Shown one piece after another: positions 9,055 through 18,188 of a DNA stretch of 64,000 nucleotides (positions are counted from its first letter, which is position 1; every line of letters begins with the position of its first letter). The stretch spans positions 2,112,001 through 2,176,000 of the forward strand of contig CAXXQS010000001.1 in NCBI GenBank assembly GCA_963674735.2, in the 5' to 3' direction. Made by a program: the position numbers and the translations under genes. This stretch comes from Myxococcota bacterium. GTDB taxonomy: Bacteria; Myxococcota_A; SURF-8. The notes beneath the pieces are model-generated. The model did not search any database, was not told the origin of the DNA, and saw only the letters and a program-made list of their open reading frames with translations.

Positions 9055-11120
9055 CGGTTCTCCTGTTCGGTCGAGATCCGAACCATGGACGGAGCGCGTT
9101 GATCCGAATCGAAGACCACGAGCAAGCCGTCCTCGGCGTCGCGGCACACCCCTTCCGGTTTCAGCTTCGGAAACCAGTACAGCGCCTTTTGTTTTTGTTC
9201 CGCTTGGCCGGGTTGGGTGATCATATGGACACCCCCCATTTGCTTGTCCCGCCCGACCCCCGGTGTCGTCGACAACACGATCAGCCGCCCATCCGCATCG
9301 AAAAGGAGGTCGGAAATCCCCGAGTTGCGCCCTTGCGGGTTGCGCAGATCGAAGTCGGCGAACAGCGTCAACTGACCCGGCAGCAGACGTTTGGTTTCGA
9401 ACAAGGCCAACGGATCGTTCAGCCGCCAAACCCGCGCCCCAGCCTCCGACAACGGTTGCTTCAAGCCGAGATAGAGAACGTTGTCGCGATAGGCCGCCCC
9501 TTCGATATTGAGAATTAGTTGCCGGTTGTGATCGTTTTCCCCGAGTCCCAATTGTTGGCGCTGAGCCTCATCGAGCGACGTCATCAGCAGATCGAAGAAA
9601 TTCACCCGTTTTTCCACCGACAAGCTGCGTCCGGAGCGTTTGACCAGCAACAGCGAGCAGCGGTCGTTACGGCGCTTGCCCTTGCGACTACTCGTCTGCG
9701 AACTGAGCAGCAATAGATGCTCGCCATCCACGGCCGTCACGGCCTCCAGGTCGTTGAGGCTCTCCACTCCCGATAACACCAGTGGTTCCGGCTCGATACG
9801 CCCTTCGCGATCCATAAGGAACAGCCAGGGTGCGTGCTCGTTGCGACTCGGATAGCCGGTATCGTCGCTGACGATCAGGTAGCGTTCGATGTCCGCCAGC
9901 CACAGGATTCCGGAGGGCTCGAAGCGGGTGCGCCGGATCAATTCGTCCGGGACTTGCAGCCCGCGTACACGCGGCGTTGTGAGGATCGGTGTACCGGCGG
10001 ATTCCCCCGCACCGGCGTTGGCTGACTTTGCAAGCGGCGGATCGTCGAGCGGGACGCGTTCGCTCGTCAGACGAATGTCCACGGCCTCGCCGGGCAACAG
10101 CCGGTGTCCTTCGTCCAATCGGATCTGAACGCGCCGCGACCAAAACACCTGCCCACGAAATTCAAGCCGCCCGACCATCGGCGAGAAACCGGGATGGAGA
10201 AACATCACGGTTCCCATCGCATCGTAGCCCCCCGAACGTTTCGACAGAACCCGCACGCGCATACCCGTTTCGATCACGGCATCCGACAATTCGGGCAGAT
10301 ACATCTCGACCAGCGAAACCTGACGTTCCTGAACTTCGATGATCGGCAGGAAGGCGTCGACGGTATCGCCGCGCCGTGCCAGAATCTTCACCACGTCGCC
10401 ATCACACGGCGCGATGACGGCCCGCATTTCCATGCGAGCCTCCAGCAACGCAACCATCCGTTCCAACTCATAAACCTGTTGGATACGATTACCAAGCATG
10501 GAGTTCAAAACCGGGTTGTCGGTCCCGGAAAGCGGCCGGAACTGTCCGGGCGACGCTTTTCGGGAGGCGCGGCTCCGCAACTCTCGGCGCAATTCGTCGA
10601 TATAACGCGCCAAGGCATCCCGGCGCACGATCAACCCGCCCAAGTCGGGCGAATGTCCCAGGCCATCTTCTTCGGCACGCTCCCAACGCCCGATCTCGCG
10701 GTTCAAACCTTCCAACTCCACGGATTTGGACCCGAGTTCGGCTTTCAGGACCATCAACGAGGAATTGTCGCTTTCAAGCTGCATGCGCAAGCGCTCATAT
10801 TCCAGCGAGTACCGTTCGCGATCCGCCGTGATGATTGTCTGGAGAACCGCCAGTTCCTCGTTAAGGGCATCACGCTCGGCTTTCAGATCGCTGGAATCGA
10901 GCACGGCGAGCACCTGTCCATGATGGACGCGATCCCCGCTCGCCACATACATCTCGGCAATCAGGCCCGGCTCGCGTGCGCCGACCGTGTGGGAGCGCGT
11001 TTCGACCAGACCGAGAAAGGTGCGGTCCACGTGCCAATTCAAATAGATCCAAACGCCGATGGCCACCGCCACCAGCCATAACACCAATAACCAATTACGT
11101 CGGGAAGGCATCCGAATCAT
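9051..11120 (-). CDS. HlyD-type periplasmic adaptor fused to a DUF3616-like beta-propeller
   Basis: N-terminal TM, lipoyl halves (GLIAEMYVASGDRVHHGQVLAVLD; IAPCDGDV..GDTV), coiled coil, LLPGEAV. C-terminal FEPSG, SDD, DLEAV, LNIEG, LGLKQPL, GISDL, KPEGV, VFD. Confidence 0.85.
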   Translation of the reverse strand: MIRMPSRRNWLLVLWLVAVAIGVWIYLNWHVDRTFLGLVETRSHTVGAREPGLIAEMYVASGDRVHHGQVLAVLDSSDLKAERDALNEELAVLQTIITADRERYSLEYERLRMQLESDNSSLMVLKAELGSKSVELEGLNREIGRWERAEEDGLGHSPDLGGLIVRRDALARYIDELRRELRSRASRKASPGQFRPLSGTDNPVLNSMLGNRIQQVYELERMVALLEARMEMRAVIAPCDGDVVKILARRGDTVDAFLPIIEVQERQVSLVEMYLPELSDAVIETGMRVRVLSKRSGGYDAMGTVMFLHPGFSPMVGRLEFRGQVFWSRRVQIRLDEGHRLLPGEAVDIRLTSERVPLDDPPLAKSANAGAGESAGTPILTTPRVRGLQVPDELIRRTRFEPSGILWLADIERYLIVSDDTGYPSRNEHAPWLFLMDREGRIEPEPLVLSGVESLNDLEAVTAVDGEHLLLLSSQTSSRKGKRRNDRCSLLLVKRSGRSLSVEKRVNFFDLLMTSLDEAQRQQLGLGENDHNRQLILNIEGAAYRDNVLYLGLKQPLSEAGARVWRLNDPLALFETKRLLPGQLTLFADFDLRNPQGRNSGISDLLFDADGRLIVLSTTPGVGRDKQMGGVHMITQPGQAEQKQKALYWFPKLKPEGVCRDAEDGLLVVFDSDQRAPSMVRISTEQENR

Positions 11121-11797
11121 ACCTCCACCGTGGTTTGTTGGTTCATATACGTCAAGCCCCGCAGGCCTTCCACCGCTTCCAGTTCGCGGATCAGGCGTAT
11201 CCCGTCATCGGGTTTGGCGAGCTTGACCTGGTAGGCATACTCGACCTGTTCGCCCTGGGCGATGCTGCGCATGGTCACCAACGCGAAATGGCGGGGAATG
11301 CGTCCCATGATGGAGACGATCAGCTCGGAGGTCGCCGCTCCCGACGAAGCCTGAAAGCGGATCAGTCCGTCGTGGGGACGCTGAGTACCGAAGGGCGAGT
11401 GATGCATGGCATAGGCGATGACACAGAAAACAATGCAGCCGATGATGGCCGCATCATAGCTCTGCACGCCCGACGCGACCCCCACACCGAAAGCGGCGAA
11501 CAAGAAGATCAAATCGCGTGGATCGCGCAGATTAGTGCGGAAACGAATCACGGCCAGAGAACCGACGATACCGATGCCGCGGGCGACGTTGTCGCCGATG
11601 GCGATCATCAACAGACAGCAGATCATGCTGCCCAGAATCATGGAGTGCAAAAGTCCACGCGACCACGACAAGCCTTGAAACGTCTTTTCGTACACCGTCG
11701 CAACGGCCGTTGACAGAATGAAAGCCAACAAAAACGACAGCAGAACCGAATGCCACTCAAGCTTGATCGATCCGAAACTGAACAGCAGATTTTCCAA
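11117..11797 (-). CDS. DUF4956 membrane protein (MgtC-like TM domain plus small C-terminal domain)
   Basis: TTG start after GAGGTG. IGDNVARGIGIVGSLAVIRFRTNLRDPRD is the DUF4956 signature. ATGA overlap with the next gene. Confidence 0.92.
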   Translation of the reverse strand: MENLLFSFGSIKLEWHSVLLSFLLAFILSTAVATVYEKTFQGLSWSRGLLHSMILGSMICCLLMIAIGDNVARGIGIVGSLAVIRFRTNLRDPRDLIFLFAAFGVGVASGVQSYDAAIIGCIVFCVIAYAMHHSPFGTQRPHDGLIRFQASSGAATSELIVSIMGRIPRHFALVTMRSIAQGEQVEYAYQVKLAKPDDGIRLIRELEAVEGLRGLTYMNQQTTVEV

Positions 11798-11955
11798 AAC
11801 CCACCTCGCTGACCCTGAGGAATCCCCGCTTCCCGCCGTTTACGGGAACCATCGGAAGGTAACGCAGTCGACCTGCGCCTCACAAACGCCAAAATCGAAA
11901 CGACCATCGAAAACCTGAGTTAATTCCGGTCGCTTCATCCATCCATATACTGAGA

Positions 11956-11984
11956 ATAATACCATGAAAGGTGGGTTGTTACAA
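11956..11984 (-). promoter_or_regulatory. Sigma70-type promoter of the DUF4956-VTC-CotH operon, overlapped by a palindrome
   Basis: Minus strand TTGTAA-17bp-TATTAT with extended-10 TG. Inverted repeat GTTGTT-AC-AACAAC at 11975-11988 covers the -35. Confidence 0.55.
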
Positions 11985-12013
11985 CAACTGAATTGTATGC
12001 AAATGTTCGGATA

Positions 12014-12043
12014 ACACAAAGGCCGGCCCCGCAGGACCGGCCT
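12014..12043 (-). terminator. Intrinsic terminator after the matrixin lipoprotein gene
   Basis: Minus strand AGGCCGGTCC-TGCG-GGGCCGGCCT followed by TTGTGTT. Confidence 0.65.
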
Positions 12044-12066
12044 CGTTGAATGAAATCCGCGTAAGC

Positions 12067-15000
12067 CTACTCGGGATAGATGAAGGCCACACCGTTGCTG
12101 TCCGAAGGTTCGAGGGTGACCTGATCGGCATTGCAGGGACCGGTTGCGTAATACATGGTGGCATCGGCCACGTCCGGATGGTCCAACCCGAGCATGTGAC
12201 CGATTTCATGCACCGCGATACCCCGAATGTCGAACTCGTCATAACAACCCGGAGCCAGCGCATCGGCGTGGGTGCAGAAATCGACGGCGTTATTGAAGAC
12301 GATATCCGTATCGACCAGACGCTTGAAGGTAAGGCCGCTGGTCTGCATGGTCTGGCTGTTCCAGATCGGCATGGCCGCCGCCAACACGCCGCTATCGAGA
12401 TCGTTGTCCGGGTCGTCCCAACTGACGGTGTTGTATCCGTCGTAGGTAAAACCTTCGCGCGTGGTACTGCCGCTGTAGGTGAAGGCGAGCGTCGCATCCG
12501 CCACGTCTTCCCACACCTGGAAAGCCGCTTCGACCTCATCGAATTCGGCATCGCCCGCAATGGAATCCTCACCCGACGGATTCATGCTGTAGGGAACCGG
12601 GACATCGGCCGGGAACCACTTCACGGCCGGATCGAGCAGGACGAAGGTGTCGTCACCGATGCTGAAGCTTTCCGGGCCCGCGATGTTGTTGTTCTCGACG
12701 CCCTCGCTCACCAGTTCCGTGGTATCAACCTGGAAATAGGAGGCGTAATTGCCTTGAGCCAACGCGGCACTGTCCAGAGTGAAGCTGTAGTCCTCACCCG
12801 CCGCCAGTCCGAGCAAGGTGCCGGTCCAATTGCTGCTAACCTGTCCGGGACTGGGGGGATTTTCGAGATCCATATAGAGGTCCATACGGAATTCGCTCAG
12901 GACGTCGACCGTCCCCAGGTTACTGACCGTGATGTCGTAGGTCACGTTGGACCCGGCCAGGTTGGCCGTGAATTCGGTGACCGCCAGGTCATAGGTGCCG
13001 CCGTTGAGAATGATGTAAAAGCGATCCGTCCAACTACGCCCGTTGCCGTCCTCGATCACGAGATCGAGGGGATACTGATAGGCGGAAGCTCCGGCTGCAA
13101 TCTGGATGGTGAAGGGATCGGTGGCCGCCTTGCTGCCGCTGGCCGTTACCGAGCCGAAATCGGCCGTGCTGTCCGTCACCGACACATCGCCGTTTGAAGA
13201 TGACAACTCGCCGGTGACGCCGGTCACCGCCAATGCCCCTTCATTCTGGATCGTCACGGTGAGGTTGACCGTGTCGCCGGGATCGATGCCGTCGCCCGAA
13301 TTGTCGATGTGGGAGGCATAGCTCAGCCGCGTGCCTTCACAGCCTTTGGGGAACAGATAGAGCATGGGGGAAACATAGTCGCCCTCGCCGTTCTGCCACC
13401 ACTCCGAGAACCACGAATCGCCGCTGTCGACACTGACCAGACCGTAGTTCAACGACGGTGAAGCCCCGTCGTCTTGGAACGGCAGCATCCAGTCGGTCCC
13501 GCTCTGATCGTCGAGCACCTCGACGGAAATCCAGAAAATCTCACCGATGGGGAAGGTCAACGGCGGATCCACGGTTTGGGTATAGCTGATGATACCGGTG
13601 CCGGATACGCTGCGAGATCCGCTTTCCCACAACACCTCTCCAGGCGCGCCCGCGCCGTGACGATGGACACGGAAGAAGAAGTTGGAGCTGTGCGTGCTGG
13701 TGGCGTTGGTGTAGAATTCGACATCGAATTCATGCAGCGTGAAATCGGCTTCAACCGGATAGGGATTGGCGTACATCGTCCCGACATCGGCTCCGAAAAG
13801 TTTCGCGGTAGCGTAAGTGTCGTCGTAATGGATATAATCCCCACTGATATCGCTATACGGCGCATCGCAGTCGACGGGCGTGGCATGCACGAAGACTTCC
13901 AGCCACTCGTACCAGATGTTGGTCCCGTCTTCGATCTGCAGAACCAGGTAATAGGAGCCGCCCGCCAGTTCGTCGAAAGTCAACGCAAAGGCTTGATCGG
14001 CCTGCCCGGTGGCACTCACCGCAATCCCCGACACATTCGCCGTATCGTTCCCGAGCGTGATGTCGTCGGTGTTGGACAAAAGCGTGACGACGAGGTCGAG
14101 GCTCGTATCGAAGCCGACATTCTCCAGGGTGACGGTAATAGCCGCGCTGTCACCGGCTTCGTAGATACCGCCGACGTTGTCCGTGCGGCTATGATAGCGG
14201 ATATCCGCCCCTTCACCGCAACCGATGGGATCGATGAACCAACTGGCCGAGAGGGCATACCAGCCCTCTTCGTAGTCGTTGGGGTCAGCCGTCTCGGGCC
14301 AGTAGAGATAACCGTTCCGTTCACTGGCCATGGCGCCGTCGTCGGCAAGCAGCGAGACGTAGTCCGCGCTATCGGTTTGGTCGTCTTCGTACACGAATCC
14401 CAGCCAGTAATAATCGGCGTTTTTCAATGCGACCGCCTGCTGGAAGTCGAAACGCACTTTCGACGGATAGAAGGCCGTGACCGCCTGCGAATCGGATTGC
14501 GCCAGCAACTCGCCCGGCCCGCCGTCCTCGTCGCGATAAAGCACGGCATGGAAATTACCACTGCCCACATCGCCTGAATCCTGCAACCAAACGGCCTCGA
14601 CGGCGAACAGGTTGACGCTGGCGGGAGTGACCATGTAACGGTTGAGCGCCAGAGCTCCGGCCGGCATGAGATAGGTTGTGTACGGAGTTCCGTAGCTTTG
14701 GGTCTGATAGGTTTCGTCCGTGCAGACCGCGCAGCCTTCGTCGATGCCGTACAGGCAGTTGTTGTCCTTGCCGTCGCACCATTCCACGTGCCCCGGATAG
14801 ACTTCGTCGTCTTCGTCCTGGCAATCGTTGCCGCCGCAAACCACGTCCACGTAGGTATCCTGATCAACATCTTTCGGTTCGCCCACGCACACGCCGCCCT
14901 GGCAGGCGTCGTTGAGGGTGCAGGTGTCGTCTTCGTCCTGACAGGCGGTATCGTCCGGCTTGTTGGTCGCTTCGCAGGCACCGGATACGCTGTTGCAGGT

Positions 15001-17352
15001 TACCGCCGCCTCGCATTGTTCGGGATCGCGACAGACGACCGGGTCGGAGCCATCGCACTGACCGCTCTGGCATTCGTCGTGCTGGGTGCAGGCATCCGCG
15101 TCGTCGCAGTCCGTACCGTCGGGTTCGTCGGCATAATCGCAGGTTCCGGTTGTGTCGTTGCAGATTCCGGCCTCCTTGCATTCCGCCGGAGCGGCGCAGA
15201 CCACATCATCGGAGCCGACGCAGTCGCCGGTAGCGCACTCGTCGGTTTGCGTGCAGGCATTGCCGTCGTTGCAATCGGTGCCATCCGCTTTGTTGACGGC
15301 ATCGCAGTTGCCGGTGGCCGAATTGCAGGCCACGCTCTGCTCGCACTGGCGCGGCGCAGGACATTGCACCGGATTGCCACCCACGCACTGGCCATTGTCG
15401 CAGGCATCGCTTTGGCTACAGGCATCGCTGTCGTCGCAGGGGTAGCCGTCGCTCTGGTTCTCGTACTCACAGGTGCCGGTTGCGGAATTGCATTCCCCGG
15501 CTTTCTTACACATTTCGGGATCGGCGCAGACAACCGGGTCTTCGCCACGGCAGCTCCCGTTGTAGCATTCATCCACCTGGGTACAGGCATCGCTGTCATC
15601 GCAATCGCTGCCGTTGGCTTTGCTGCGCCAGTGGCTCTGATCGAACACGGTGTCGCAGTATTGGCACTCGTTTCCGGGATTCTCCCAGGCATCTTCCAGG
15701 CACAATCCATCGATGTAGCAGAAATTCGCGATCGGCGGATGGGTGCACGTCCCGGCATCGCAGACATCGTCGGTACAGGCCACCTGGTCGTCGCTGCAAG
15801 CGCCGCCATTGTTTATCGGCAGACAGCCGTCGCAACAAGCGTCGTCGGTTCCGCAGGTGCAGCCATCTCCCAAGCACTGACCGCCCTGGCAGGCGTCATT
15901 GCCGGTATTGGGATTGCCGTCATCGCAAGCGGTGTCGTCATCCTTGTTGGCCACGTCGCACAGGCCGGTTTCTTCATTGCAGGTGATGCTTTCCTGGCAC
16001 TGGTTGGGATCGTCGCATTCCTTGAGATTACCGCCCAGGCACTGCCCCGTGTCGCAGAGGTCGGTCTGCGTACAGGCATTCCCGTCATCGCAGGGCGAAT
16101 CGTCCGCCGCGTCGGCATACTCGCAGAGACCGGACTCGCTATTGCAAACGCCCTCTTGTTTGCAGGCCTCCGGATCGGCGCAAACCACCGGATTTTCGCC
16201 GCGGCACGCTCCGTTGTAACAGGCATCGCTTTGCGTACAGGCATCGTCATCATCGCAGGCCGTGCTGTTGGCTTTGCTGCGCCAGCGGGTTTGTGAAATG
16301 GAGATATCGCAATACTGGCAATCGTTCTGGGGGTTATCCCAGGTATCCTCGTAACACTGACCATCGATGGCACAGAAGCCGCTTTGGGGGGTGTGCACGC
16401 ATATCCCCTCGTCGCAGACATCGTCCGTGCAGCTAAGGCTGTCGCTGGTGCAGGGCGTATCATCCTCCTCGAATGCGAAGAAGCAGACCCCCGTATTCGG
16501 GTTGCACACGCCGTCCTTTTTGCAGACATCCGCAGCCCCGCACACGACCGGGTTGGCGCCGACACAGATGCCGCTTTGGCAGCTATCGCTCTGGGTGCAG
16601 GCATTTTCGTCATCGCAAACCGTGTCATCCGCCACGTCGGCGTAATCGCATACACCCGTATCCGGGTTACAAATCCCCGTTTCCTTGCAGACCGCCGGAT
16701 CGGCGCACACGACCGGGTTGGTGCCGACACAGATGCCGCTCTGGCAACTATCGCTCTGGGTACAGGCATCCGCGTCGTCGCAAACCGTGTCATCCGCCAC
16801 GTCCGCGTAGTCGCACACACCCGTATTCGGGTTACAAATTCCCGCTTCCTTGCAAACGTCCGGATCGGCACAGACAACCGGGTTGGAGCCGATGCACGTG
16901 CCGCTCTGGCAACTATCGCTCTGAGTGCAGGCGTCCGCATCGTCGCAGAGCGTGCCATCGCTGACGTCGTTGTAATCGCAATTGCCCGTTACCGTGTTGT
17001 ACACATCGTCGGTACAGGGATTGCCATCGTCGCAGACGGTATCCACATCGCCGTCCGTATCGCCATCGACATCGCCATCGACATCGCCGTCGGTGGGATC
17101 GTCGCCATCGGCGGGTTTGTCACCGTCGGTGGGTGTGTCGCCATCGGTGGGATCGTCGCCGTCGGTCGGATCATCGCCATCGGTGGGATCGTCGCCGTCG
17201 GCGGGTTTGTCGCCATCGGTGGGGGTGTCGCCGTCCATGGGCAGATCGCCGTCTTCGGCGTTTTCGTCGTCACCACCGCAGGCGGACAGAACGAACAGGG
17301 AAAGAAATAAGACCAACAGCAGCTTGAATGTACTCGTATTCGCGGTTTTCAT
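12067..17352 (-). CDS. 1761-aa lipoprotein: DGD repeats, Cys-rich CDDxxACT repeats, MopE-like metal motif, Ig/CARDB-like domains, C-terminal matrixin (M10) metalloprotease
   Basis: Lipobox VLSAC, (PTDGDD)n and many CDD(G/A)xACTxxDxC units. DVDQD...DC...VYPG..EWCDGKDNNC. CARDB-like DLAVTEF..E..ENNN. Metzincin HEIGHMLGLDH (12178-12210) with Met-turn ATMY. Confidence 0.9.
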   Translation of the reverse strand: MKTANTSTFKLLLVLFLSLFVLSACGGDDENAEDGDLPMDGDTPTDGDKPADGDDPTDGDDPTDGDDPTDGDTPTDGDKPADGDDPTDGDVDGDVDGDTDGDVDTVCDDGNPCTDDVYNTVTGNCDYNDVSDGTLCDDADACTQSDSCQSGTCIGSNPVVCADPDVCKEAGICNPNTGVCDYADVADDTVCDDADACTQSDSCQSGICVGTNPVVCADPAVCKETGICNPDTGVCDYADVADDTVCDDENACTQSDSCQSGICVGANPVVCGAADVCKKDGVCNPNTGVCFFAFEEDDTPCTSDSLSCTDDVCDEGICVHTPQSGFCAIDGQCYEDTWDNPQNDCQYCDISISQTRWRSKANSTACDDDDACTQSDACYNGACRGENPVVCADPEACKQEGVCNSESGLCEYADAADDSPCDDGNACTQTDLCDTGQCLGGNLKECDDPNQCQESITCNEETGLCDVANKDDDTACDDGNPNTGNDACQGGQCLGDGCTCGTDDACCDGCLPINNGGACSDDQVACTDDVCDAGTCTHPPIANFCYIDGLCLEDAWENPGNECQYCDTVFDQSHWRSKANGSDCDDSDACTQVDECYNGSCRGEDPVVCADPEMCKKAGECNSATGTCEYENQSDGYPCDDSDACSQSDACDNGQCVGGNPVQCPAPRQCEQSVACNSATGNCDAVNKADGTDCNDGNACTQTDECATGDCVGSDDVVCAAPAECKEAGICNDTTGTCDYADEPDGTDCDDADACTQHDECQSGQCDGSDPVVCRDPEQCEAAVTCNSVSGACEATNKPDDTACQDEDDTCTLNDACQGGVCVGEPKDVDQDTYVDVVCGGNDCQDEDDEVYPGHVEWCDGKDNNCLYGIDEGCAVCTDETYQTQSYGTPYTTYLMPAGALALNRYMVTPASVNLFAVEAVWLQDSGDVGSGNFHAVLYRDEDGGPGELLAQSDSQAVTAFYPSKVRFDFQQAVALKNADYYWLGFVYEDDQTDSADYVSLLADDGAMASERNGYLYWPETADPNDYEEGWYALSASWFIDPIGCGEGADIRYHSRTDNVGGIYEAGDSAAITVTLENVGFDTSLDLVVTLLSNTDDITLGNDTANVSGIAVSATGQADQAFALTFDELAGGSYYLVLQIEDGTNIWYEWLEVFVHATPVDCDAPYSDISGDYIHYDDTYATAKLFGADVGTMYANPYPVEADFTLHEFDVEFYTNATSTHSSNFFFRVHRHGAGAPGEVLWESGSRSVSGTGIISYTQTVDPPLTFPIGEIFWISVEVLDDQSGTDWMLPFQDDGASPSLNYGLVSVDSGDSWFSEWWQNGEGDYVSPMLYLFPKGCEGTRLSYASHIDNSGDGIDPGDTVNLTVTIQNEGALAVTGVTGELSSSNGDVSVTDSTADFGSVTASGSKAATDPFTIQIAAGASAYQYPLDLVIEDGNGRSWTDRFYIILNGGTYDLAVTEFTANLAGSNVTYDITVSNLGTVDVLSEFRMDLYMDLENPPSPGQVSSNWTGTLLGLAAGEDYSFTLDSAALAQGNYASYFQVDTTELVSEGVENNNIAGPESFSIGDDTFVLLDPAVKWFPADVPVPYSMNPSGEDSIAGDAEFDEVEAAFQVWEDVADATLAFTYSGSTTREGFTYDGYNTVSWDDPDNDLDSGVLAAAMPIWNSQTMQTSGLTFKRLVDTDIVFNNAVDFCTHADALAPGCYDEFDIRGIAVHEIGHMLGLDHPDVADATMYYATGPCNADQVTLEPSDSNGVAFIYPE
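16460..16955 (-). repeat. Three tandem copies of a 165-bp (55-aa) Cys-rich unit
   Basis: CDDADACTQSDSCQSGxCxGxNPVVCADPxVCKExGICNPxTGVCDYADVADDTV recurs. The anchor ctatcgctctg recurs about every 165 bp (near 16582, 16748, 16913). Confidence 0.85.
17042..17255 (-). repeat. 18-bp and 12-bp coding tandem repeats, (PxDGDx)n and (DGDV)n
   Basis: Translation PMDGDT PTDGDK PADGDD PTDGDD ... DGDV DGDV DGDT DGDV. Confidence 0.9.
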
Positions 17353-17363
17353 TTCGTCCCCCC

Positions 17364-17936
17364 TTACTTGGCCTGATGCCGTTCAATGATGCCGAGCAGA
17401 TCGCTCATGGGAATCACGCGCAGGTTTTCCGGCTTCTCCGGTTTTTGCGACGAGCGCTTGACCACGTGCACGCCCTGAGCGAATTCCGTCCGCTCCACCA
17501 AGCGCGCACCCGATTTTCCATCGCGCAGCAAGCGGCATTTTCCCTGGCTCAATCCTACCGTAACGAACGCGCCATCGGGTCGGCTTTCGAGGAAGACCAC
17601 CACATCTTCACCCGCCTCATATTTCGGCGCACCCAGAAGCCGCGCGCCCACGCCATCCACTTCACCGCCAAGTTGGCGGATCAGGACGGTCTTGCCCGCC
17701 TGCCCTTTCAGCACCTCGGATACCTCCACGGCAGAGGTGGTGTAGATCTTGGTTTTATCCGCATTCCAGTGGGAATGGCTCTCGACGACCGTCCCCGTCA
17801 CGATAATGGATGATCGCTCGACCATCTCTTGCCAGTTCAAACCAAGCACGGTGGTCGCCCAGGCACTGGATCCCAACCCAATGAGTATCCCGGCGATCAA
17901 CAGAACCGGCATAACGTTCATAGCTCTGCGCAACAT
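17364..17936 (-). CDS. Secreted protein resembling the N-terminal accessory domain seen in or beside bacterial matrixins
   Basis: GAGGAG RBS before ATG 17936. Signal peptide ending AWA-TTV. Motif IVTGTV...S.W...IYT...EV.EVLKG...QLGGEVDG....GAP.Y..GE.VVVFL. Its stop lies 11 bp before the matrixin gene start. Confidence 0.7.
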   Translation of the reverse strand: MLRRAMNVMPVLLIAGILIGLGSSAWATTVLGLNWQEMVERSSIIVTGTVVESHSHWNADKTKIYTTSAVEVSEVLKGQAGKTVLIRQLGGEVDGVGARLLGAPKYEAGEDVVVFLESRPDGAFVTVGLSQGKCRLLRDGKSGARLVERTEFAQGVHVVKRSSQKPEKPENLRVIPMSDLLGIIERHQAK

Positions 17937-18039
17937 AATATCTCCTCTTTCTCGCTTGGAAATTGGTGTATAATAATATTCCGCTATAAGCGAAAATCGG
18001 CTTTCGAATTTGGCTCGGTACGGCTTAATGGCCAGCGCC

Positions 18040-18068
18040 ATTATGCAAAGGATGGACGGGAGCGTCAA
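18040..18068 (-). promoter_or_regulatory. Sigma70-type promoter for the 17936/17352 gene pair
   Basis: Minus strand TTGACG-17bp-CATAAT. Confidence 0.6.
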
Positions 18069-18188
18069 GCACTTTCCCGTATTTTTACACACGTCCGCAG
18101 ACACGCGATGAAAGCGCCTTACCTGCGGTTATCACTAACTTTTTAAGCCTTACCGAAAAGGCGGGAGTCCTGGCGAAGTTTTCCAGAA

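Noticed and set aside
9055-9429. 125-aa N-terminal extension of TolC in the ORF track
   Set aside because: It overlaps the HlyD-DUF3616 gene; the ATGA-coupled start at 9054 gives a normal signal peptide.
12046-17389. Long plus-strand ORFs (383, 367, 532 and 308 aa) opposite the giant lipoprotein
   Set aside because: Antisense shadows of a GC-rich repetitive gene; V/A/I/G-rich or SPS-repeat translations with no motifs.
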